Shown here one piece after another: positions 57,913-64,000 of a stretch of DNA of 64,000 nucleotides. Within the stretch, counting starts at the first letter, position 1. Each line of letters begins with the position of its first letter. Source of the stretch: Actinomycetota bacterium (GTDB taxonomy: Bacteria; Actinomycetota; Acidimicrobiia; Acidimicrobiales; Ilumatobacteraceae); contig JBJTYJ010000068.1 in the NCBI GenBank assembly GCA_046082705.1, positions 714-64,713 on the forward strand, read 5' to 3'. Below the pieces are notes generated by a model. It did no database searches. It worked only from the letters and a program-made list of their open reading frames with translations, and was not told the DNA's origin. A program made the position numbers and the translations under genes.

Positions 57913-58415
57913 AGGCGAGCGAATCCGCAATCCGTTGTGTGATCGACGTCAGTCATCGCTATGCGGCGGGTATCGACCGTCGGGACTGGGACTTGTACCG
58001 CGAGTGCTTCACCGACCCGTGTGCATTCGACTTTTCGAGCTTCAGTGGAAGACCCGCATCAGAGATAACGCGCGATACGTGGGTCGAGAACGTCCGGCGG
58101 ACGAACGGTTCGTTCGACGCGACGCAACACCAGATGTCGAATCAGATGGTGACCTTTCGCGACGAAGATCACGCGACGTGCATCACGGAACTACGGGCCC
58201 AACACTGGTTCGCACCTGCCACGATGGATCGACTCGGACACGGCGGCGAGGTGAATTTCTGCGAACTCGGGGGCCACTACACGAACGAGATCGTGCGAGG
58301 TGAGGGTGTCTGGCGGATTGCGCGCTGCCAGCTCACCGTTCGTTGGCACACCGGAAGCATGGCTATCTTTGACCTCGCACGCGCGATCGGCGCGGGAACC
58401 CTCTCGAAAGACTGA
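57909..58415 (+). CDS. SnoaL-like / NTF2-fold protein
   Basis: IDVSHRYAAGIDRRDWDLYRECFTD is typical of SnoaL_4 / NTF2-like proteins. The GTG overlaps the upstream stop (GTGA). Confidence 0.7.
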   Translation: MKASESAIRCVIDVSHRYAAGIDRRDWDLYRECFTDPCAFDFSSFSGRPASEITRDTWVENVRRTNGSFDATQHQMSNQMVTFRDEDHATCITELRAQHWFAPATMDRLGHGGEVNFCELGGHYTNEIVRGEGVWRIARCQLTVRWHTGSMAIFDLARAIGAGTLSKD

Positions 58416-58430
58416 ACGGATCGAGGCTGC

Positions 58431-59088
58431 GATGGATCTTTACAACGCCCTGTACACAACCCGCGCGATGCGTCGCGTGAAACCGGATCCGATTCCCGAC
58501 GATGTCGTGAAGAAGTTGCTCGACGCGGCGATTCGTGCCCCCTCGGGGGGCAACCAGCAGAAGTGGCGCTTCCTCTTGCTCACGGATCCGGCCAAGAAGG
58601 CACGACTACAGAAGATCTACCGCGAAGGCCTCACCGAACTGAACGCCACCCAGTACAAAGCCGTCATGGACCTCATCCGGAACGGCGACCCGAGTGACCC
58701 GGAAGTCATCCAGGCCAAAAAAACCAATGCAAGCGCCGAGTGGCTCGCCGACCACCTCGACAAGGTTCCCCTGATCGTGTTTGCGTGGGGCAAGCCGAAC
58801 GGCGAGAGCTCGATCTACCCGGCACTCTGGAGCCTGCAACTCGCCGCGACGGCCGAGGGCATCGGCTCGGCGCTCACGACGCTGCTCTTCAAGAAGCACA
58901 CGAAGCAGGTTCTCGACATTCTGGGCGCACCCGATCCGACCGAATGGGTGCCGATGGCCATGGTGACCCTTGGCTACCCCACGGGCCGCTGGGCCGTGGC
59001 AAAGCGGCAACCGGCCCACGAAGTGACTTTCCAGGATTCGTGGGGAACCCCTGTCTCGTGGAGGGTCGACGCACCGCTCTGGCAGTAG
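58431..59088 (+). CDS. Nitroreductase family protein
   Basis: LYTTRAMRRVKPDPIPDDVVKKLLDAAIRAPSGGNQQKWRFLL. Confidence 0.85.
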
Positions 59089-59129
59089 CGTTCAAAGAAC
59101 CAAGCGCCTCACCCCAGGACACCGCACCG

Positions 59130-59951
59130 ATGACCACCACCCCTCGCAAGGCCGTCACCGCTCCACTCCTTTCGGAGATGAAGGCGCGTGGCGAGAAGAT
59201 CGCAATGATCACCGCCTACGACGCAACCTTTGCAGCGATCGTCGACGCTGCCGGTGTCGACGTCATTCTGGTCGGCGACTCCGTCGCCACAACCGTTCAG
59301 GGCGAGGCAAACACCATTCCCGTCACGATGGAAGAAATGGAATATCACGTCCGCTTGGTGCGTCGTGCAGCGCCGAAGGCACTCGTCGTCGGTGACCTGC
59401 CTTTCGGCAGTTACCAGGTCGGCTCGAGCCAAGCAGTTGCAAACTCGGTGCGCCTCATCAAGGCCGGTGCGCAAGCCGTGAAACTCGAAGGAGGCCTCAC
59501 GGTTGCCGACTCGGTTCGCGCGATAGCGGACGCAGACATTCCGATCATGGGTCACGTCGGTCTCACTCCCCAAAGCGTTCACCGCATGGGAGGTCACAAG
59601 GTGCAGGGTCGCCGAGATGGTTTCGAAGCCGGCGGCCGCCAGCGACTTCTCGAAGACGCCCACGCCGTTGAACAAGCCGGTGCCTTTTCGGTCGTTCTCG
59701 AAGGAATCCCTGCGCATTTGGCCGCCGAAATAACGGCCAAGCTGTCGATTCCGACGATCGGTATCGGCGCGGGCGCACAGTGCGACGGCCAGGTGCTGGT
59801 TCTGCACGACGTCCTTGGTCTTTCCGTGCGCGAACTCACCTTCACGAAGAAATTTGCCGACATTCGTGGCGCGAGCACCGACGCCTGCCGACAGTACGTC
59901 GATGAAGTGCGCGCCGGCGTCTGGCCCGACGACGCCCACTCCTTCGAATAG
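59130..59951 (+). CDS. panB: 3-methyl-2-oxobutanoate hydroxymethyltransferase
   Basis: KIAMITAYDATFA, VILVGDS, VVGDLPFGSY and VKLEGG motifs. Confidence 0.93.
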   Translation: MTTTPRKAVTAPLLSEMKARGEKIAMITAYDATFAAIVDAAGVDVILVGDSVATTVQGEANTIPVTMEEMEYHVRLVRRAAPKALVVGDLPFGSYQVGSSQAVANSVRLIKAGAQAVKLEGGLTVADSVRAIADADIPIMGHVGLTPQSVHRMGGHKVQGRRDGFEAGGRQRLLEDAHAVEQAGAFSVVLEGIPAHLAAEITAKLSIPTIGIGAGAQCDGQVLVLHDVLGLSVRELTFTKKFADIRGASTDACRQYVDEVRAGVWPDDAHSFE

Positions 59952-59965
59952 GCGCGGGCCGCTTC

Positions 59966-60829
59966 TTGCGCGTTGTCACCGCGATCGACGACGTTCGTGC
60001 GGCGGTTCGAACGGCGCGGTCAAGGGGCGAACGCGTTGCCTTTGTGCCCACCATGGGTGCGCTGCACCCGGGACATGTTTCACTGATGGATCGTGCCCAC
60101 GAGGAGGCGTCGTTCGTCGTCGTCTCGATTTTCGTGAACCCTCTTCAGTTCAACGACCCCACGGATCTTGCTGCCTACCCACGCACGGCGGAAGCCGACG
60201 ACGCGTTGTGCGAGAAGGCCGGCGTCGATCTCGTTTGGCGACCCGGGACGGACACGATCTATCCCGCGGGCTTCGACACCCGTGTTGAACCCGGAGCACT
60301 CGCTAGCGATCTCGAAGGCCTGCACCGACCGGGGCACTTCGCGGGAATGGCAACGGTTGTCCTCAAGTTGCTCAACGTCGTTGCACCCGATCTCGCGTGC
60401 TTCGGACGCAAGGATTTCCAACAGCTCGCCATCGTGCGACGCATGGTGCGCGACTTCGATGTTCCCGTGCGAATCATCGGGTGCCCCACCGTGCGTGAAG
60501 CCGACGGCCTCGCAATCTCGAGCCGGAACACGAAACTCTCCCCCGAAGCACGGGCATTGGCCACGAATCTCTCTCGCGTCATCGATCAGGCCGCGCGAAC
60601 GATGCGAGCTGGTGAACGTGCCGACAGCGCACGCCAGGTCGCGATGTCGGACCTCGCGTCACGACCCAACATCGAAATCGAATACCTCGATGTCGTTGAC
60701 CGCGATTCCCTCTCTCCCATCAGGGACGAGCGCACTGAAAACGCCGTCATCGTGGTCGCTGCGGTCGTCGGAGGCGTTCGGTTGATCGACAACGTCGAAG
60801 TAGCAGCAGAGGGTGAGGAACGTTCATGA
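59966..60829 (+). CDS. panC: Pantoate-beta-alanine ligase
   Basis: FVPTMGALHPGH, SIFVNPLQF and FGRKDFQQ motifs. TTG start. Confidence 0.92.
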   Translation: MRVVTAIDDVRAAVRTARSRGERVAFVPTMGALHPGHVSLMDRAHEEASFVVVSIFVNPLQFNDPTDLAAYPRTAEADDALCEKAGVDLVWRPGTDTIYPAGFDTRVEPGALASDLEGLHRPGHFAGMATVVLKLLNVVAPDLACFGRKDFQQLAIVRRMVRDFDVPVRIIGCPTVREADGLAISSRNTKLSPEARALATNLSRVIDQAARTMRAGERADSARQVAMSDLASRPNIEIEYLDVVDRDSLSPIRDERTENAVIVVAAVVGGVRLIDNVEVAAEGEERS

Positions 60830-61539
60830 ACCAATTCGACGCCAACTATCTCGCCCACGAATATTTCCTCGCGCGCCACAGAATGATGCAGTTGCTCGAC
60901 GGCAAGACGAAAGACGTCGCGCACCTGCCGGTACAGACGTGCCCGGCATGGAACGTGCACGATTTGGTCGCCCACGTGTCGGGACTCGCCGCAGAGATCG
61001 TCAAGGGCAACCCCCCCGGGGCCGACTCACAGGCGTGGGTCGACGCAATCATCGATGCCCGTCGCGACGTCGACCTCGATGGTCTGCTTGAAGAATGGTC
61101 CGTCGTTGGGCCCACCTTCGAGGAGATGGCGGCCGAGACGCGGCGTCTTTCCGTCCCATTGTCCTACGACACGGTCGTCCACGAACACGATCTGCGCCAC
61201 GCAATCGGCGCGCCCGGGGCGCGCGACTCCAGCGGCGTGATGGCGGCGATGGAGGTCGGGGTGTGGTTGATGACGAACGACCTCGATCGCAGGCAGTTCG
61301 GCAATGTCACGTTCCGTGCAGGTGGTCGCGACTGGTCGTGCGGCTCGGGCGACGTACGTCTTCGACTCGACCTCGATGCCGCGCAAGTATCGGTCACGCC
61401 CGTATGGGAACTGATTCGCATCACCGGAAGCCGGCGTAGTCTCGCCCAAGCAAAGGCACTGCCGTGGACGGGAGACTTCGAGCACGGTCTGCCCGCTCTC
61501 TTGCACATGGACCTGCCCGTCTGCGACGTGAACGAATGA
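60826..61539 (+). CDS. DinB / mycothiol-dependent maleylpyruvate isomerase N-terminal domain family protein
   Basis: CPAWNVHDLVAHVSG is characteristic of the TIGR03083/MDMPI_N family. ATGA overlap with the panC stop. Confidence 0.7.
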   Translation: MNQFDANYLAHEYFLARHRMMQLLDGKTKDVAHLPVQTCPAWNVHDLVAHVSGLAAEIVKGNPPGADSQAWVDAIIDARRDVDLDGLLEEWSVVGPTFEEMAAETRRLSVPLSYDTVVHEHDLRHAIGAPGARDSSGVMAAMEVGVWLMTNDLDRRQFGNVTFRAGGRDWSCGSGDVRLRLDLDAAQVSVTPVWELIRITGSRRSLAQAKALPWTGDFEHGLPALLHMDLPVCDVNE

Positions 61540-61548
61540 TCTCACATC

Positions 61549-61567
61549 CATCGCGTCAGCGATGTTT
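61549..61567 (+). terminator. Candidate intrinsic terminator after the DinB-like gene
   Basis: catcgc gtca gcgatg gives a 6-bp stem with a 4-nt loop, followed by ttt, in the 34-nt gap between convergent genes. Confidence 0.4.
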
Positions 61568-61573
61568 GCTGCG

Positions 61574-63025
61574 TCAGCGGTGAAGTTCGGGGTTCGTCTG
61601 GCGAACACGCAACCTGATCGAATGCACCGCGTCGCCTGATAGCACGCCTCCACGGCCGAGGAGACGTCCGTGCTGCCAGTTCGCAAGCCCCAGTTCGGGA
61701 CGCTCAAGTGCGAATTGCCCGTCGACCCACCTCGTGAATCCGTCGCCGAAGAAGGGCGACTCGCTGTTCTCCCAGGCCCAAGTGACTTCGCTCTCGTCGT
61801 CGGAAAGAATCGAGAGGACGAAACGTGGGCTGTGTTGGTTGAACTTCGCCACCGCGTCCGCCATCGACGCGGCCACGATCACCGTCACTTCAGGAACGTC
61901 GTTCCATTCCCATTCCTCGCCGGGGTCAACTTGTTCCGCGCGGAGGTCGAGTTCGCCGAAGATCTTCAACGTACGTGCCACGTCGTCGTTCGCGTGCACG
62001 ACCACCGTGCCCCCACGTCTCGCAGCAACCTCCGACAGCGCCGCGCCGATCACGGCGAGCGCCTCGGACGAATTCGATTCGAGGGCGACGACCGTGTTGA
62101 GCGTGTTGCAGACCTTTCGATCGAGGGAATGCACGATTGCCGAACGAAGACGAGACTCGGGAAGACTCGTGCCTGCCACCATCCACGCGCCCCCGGTGCC
62201 ATGCAGCGACACCGGAGTACCGCATTGTCGGGCGATCTCGCCCAACTGGTCGACCGCTTGCCCCGAGCCGCGCGCGACCGCCAGCGCCAGCCGCGAATCG
62301 TCAAAGAGGGCCCAGCCGGCCGAGTGCTCGGACGAGTCGACGAGGTTCACCGCTCCGCGTGGCAACCCGGCCGCATCGAGCGCGGGTACCAGCAAATGGT
62401 CGCGGATCGCCTGCGCGGTTCCCAAGGCGTCACTTCCGATGCGAAACACGACGGAGTTGCCACTCTTCAGCACGCCCGTTGCGTCGGCAAAGACGTTCGG
62501 TCGACCCTCGAAGACAAAAGCCACGACGCCGAGCGGGGCTCGCCACGACTCGACCGACCAACCGTCATGTGCGACCGTGGAGACCACACCCAAGCGGTCG
62601 AAATCGAGTGCCGACCACATCCGCAGACCTGCAGCCATGTCGGAGCGCATCTTGGGATTGATCTCGAGACGACCGACAGCTCGGCCTCGCCTTCGTGCCG
62701 ACTCGACGTCTTGCACGTTCGCCGCCAGAACCGGTGCGAAGGCTTCGTCGTCATCGATGAGATCGGCGAACCTGACGAAGAAATCGTCGACACGATTGCT
62801 TGCAACGGCCTGCATGCCAACGAACCCCGCGACAGCCCGTTCGACAGCCGAGTCGACCAATCGGCGAACGTCTGCAGGAACGACGAGGACCACGCCGGAA
62901 GACCGCAACGGAATCAGCTTTCCGCCGCCTGACAGCGTGGCGAGCATCTCTTGCGACATGGCGACGAGTCGGTCACCGACGAGCAATCGATCGCCCGAAC
63001 CGGGTGCAGCCGTTTCACCGTTCAT
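61574..63025 (-). CDS. Glutamate-5-semialdehyde dehydrogenase (ProA)-like aldehyde dehydrogenase, divergent
   Basis: PLGVVAFVFEGRPNVFADATGVLKSGNSVVFRIGSDA and VCNTLNT align with the ProA motifs (RPNV, GN..ILRGG, CNA.E). 483 aa with an N-terminal extension of about 50 aa. Confidence 0.7.
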   Translation of the reverse strand: MNGETAAPGSGDRLLVGDRLVAMSQEMLATLSGGGKLIPLRSSGVVLVVPADVRRLVDSAVERAVAGFVGMQAVASNRVDDFFVRFADLIDDDEAFAPVLAANVQDVESARRRGRAVGRLEINPKMRSDMAAGLRMWSALDFDRLGVVSTVAHDGWSVESWRAPLGVVAFVFEGRPNVFADATGVLKSGNSVVFRIGSDALGTAQAIRDHLLVPALDAAGLPRGAVNLVDSSEHSAGWALFDDSRLALAVARGSGQAVDQLGEIARQCGTPVSLHGTGGAWMVAGTSLPESRLRSAIVHSLDRKVCNTLNTVVALESNSSEALAVIGAALSEVAARRGGTVVVHANDDVARTLKIFGELDLRAEQVDPGEEWEWNDVPEVTVIVAASMADAVAKFNQHSPRFVLSILSDDESEVTWAWENSESPFFGDGFTRWVDGQFALERPELGLANWQHGRLLGRGGVLSGDAVHSIRLRVRQTNPELHR

Positions 63026-63052
63026 CAGGAACGACAGGGTACGCCATAACCT

Positions 63053-63781
63053 GTGTCAATGAACGTCGACGACAGGTTCTACTTCCGTCAGCTGCTTTCG
63101 GGCCGCGACTTCGCCGTGCGCAACGGACTTGCGGCCCAGATGGTGAATTACGTGTACCTGCTGGGTGACCGAGTAACCCGTGAGTGCGTGATCGTCGACC
63201 CGGCCTATGCGGTCGACGAATTGCTCGGCGTGATTGAAGCCGACGGTATGACTCTGACGGGCGTCCTTGCGACCCATTATCACCCCGATCACATCGGCGG
63301 TTCGATGATGGGACACCGCATCGACGGCATCGCCCACCTTCTCGAAAAGCACAACGTGCCGATTCACGTCAACGAAGCAGAGGCGCCATGGGTGATCCGC
63401 ACCACCGAGGTCGACATGTCTCATCTCGTCGCCCACTCGGCCGGCGACACTCTGGCCGTGGGCGAAATCGACATCACGTTCGTTCACACTCCCGGCCACA
63501 CACCGGGCAGTCAGTGTTTTCTCGCCTGCGATTGTCTTGTTTCAGGTGACACCCTCCTTCTCGACGGATGCGGCCGAACCGATCTTCCCGGTTCCGACGC
63601 AGAGCAGATGTACGACAGCTTGCAGACACTGGCGAAGCTGCCCGACCAGACCACCGTCTTTCCCGGTCATCAATACTCGGCACCACCGAGCGCGCCAATG
63701 TCGACCGTTCGCTCGTCGAACTACGTCTACCGCACCCGCGATAAAGACGCCTGGATGGAGTGGTTCGGCCCCGGTCGCTGA
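63053..63781 (+). CDS. MBL-fold metallo-hydrolase (glyoxalase II-like)
   Basis: THYHPDHIGG (HxHxDH), HTPGHTPGS and LLLDGCGRTD. Start is GTG 63053 or ATG 63059. Confidence 0.88.
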   Translation: MSMNVDDRFYFRQLLSGRDFAVRNGLAAQMVNYVYLLGDRVTRECVIVDPAYAVDELLGVIEADGMTLTGVLATHYHPDHIGGSMMGHRIDGIAHLLEKHNVPIHVNEAEAPWVIRTTEVDMSHLVAHSAGDTLAVGEIDITFVHTPGHTPGSQCFLACDCLVSGDTLLLDGCGRTDLPGSDAEQMYDSLQTLAKLPDQTTVFPGHQYSAPPSAPMSTVRSSNYVYRTRDKDAWMEWFGPGR

Positions 63782-63784
63782 GCG

Positions 63785-64000
63785 CTACAACAGGCCGGAG
63801 ACGATCGAGCTGATCGCGGTCGCCGTCAACAAACCGGCACCAATTCTCCAAAAGATGGATGGCGCCAACGCGCCACGAACCCGCGAACCGACGAACATTC
63901 CGATGCCGAGTCCGGGCACGGCAACCAACGTTCCAACGAGTACCTCGGTCGTGAGCCTTCCGCCGATCGCAAACATCAGGATGCTGACGAACGCGACGAT
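63785..64000 (-). CDS. TauE/SafE-like membrane protein, C-terminal part only (continues beyond window)
   Basis: The frame is open to the window edge. Hydrophobic Gly-rich helices (LVGTLVAVPGLGIGMFVG, IGAGLLTATAISSIV) are typical of the TauE C-terminus. Confidence 0.5.
   Translation of the reverse strand: MVAFVSILMFAIGGRLTTEVLVGTLVAVPGLGIGMFVGSRVRGALAPSIFWRIGAGLLTATAISSIVSGLL

Noticed and set aside
61670-63062. Two long plus-strand ORFs (420 and 442 aa).
   Set aside because: Both are antisense to the ProA-like gene, which has the conserved aldehyde dehydrogenase motifs.

Overview
High-GC actinobacterial-type chromosomal window that is almost fully coding (about 70 genes). I saw no rRNA, tRNA, CRISPR array, transposase or integrase. 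The left 11 kb is a complete Pup-proteasome locus on the minus strand (arc/mpa, dop, pup, prcB, prcA, pafA). It is followed in the same direction by lepB, tatA, tatC and a Ski2-like helicase (helY, which runs off the window edge and is missing from the ORF track). The rest is housekeeping and accessory metabolism: ferredoxin, trmI, a PBP4-type DD-peptidase, an ADP-forming acyl-CoA synthetase, TetR plus a membrane desaturase, tkt-tal, a LOG-family protein, glcDEF, typA, rnd, cmk, plsC, guaB1, sua5, ctaA, an M23 peptidase, an oxidoreductase-rich stretch (methyltransferase, acyl-CoA ligase, PPOX, 2 SDR, 2 ThuA-like, Zn-ADH, SnoaL-like, nitroreductase), a heterodimeric ABC exporter, and panBC. The clearest oddities seen directly in the sequence are an in-frame TAA that splits the acyl-CoA synthetase, a 1-nt frameshift in the 3' part of tkt, Pup ending in GGE, lepB sharing a GTGA overlap with pafA where pafBC would normally sit, and an N-terminally short GlcE. 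There are also several small or uncharacterised proteins: a J-domain protein, a basic/acidic 64-aa protein, small membrane proteins and a Cys-rich protein. I did not find convincing evidence for a novel multi-gene system such as a defence island, biosynthetic cluster or mobile element. All family assignments come from motif recognition by eye. No BLAST, HMM or covariance search was possible. Many start codons are uncertain by tens of nt.
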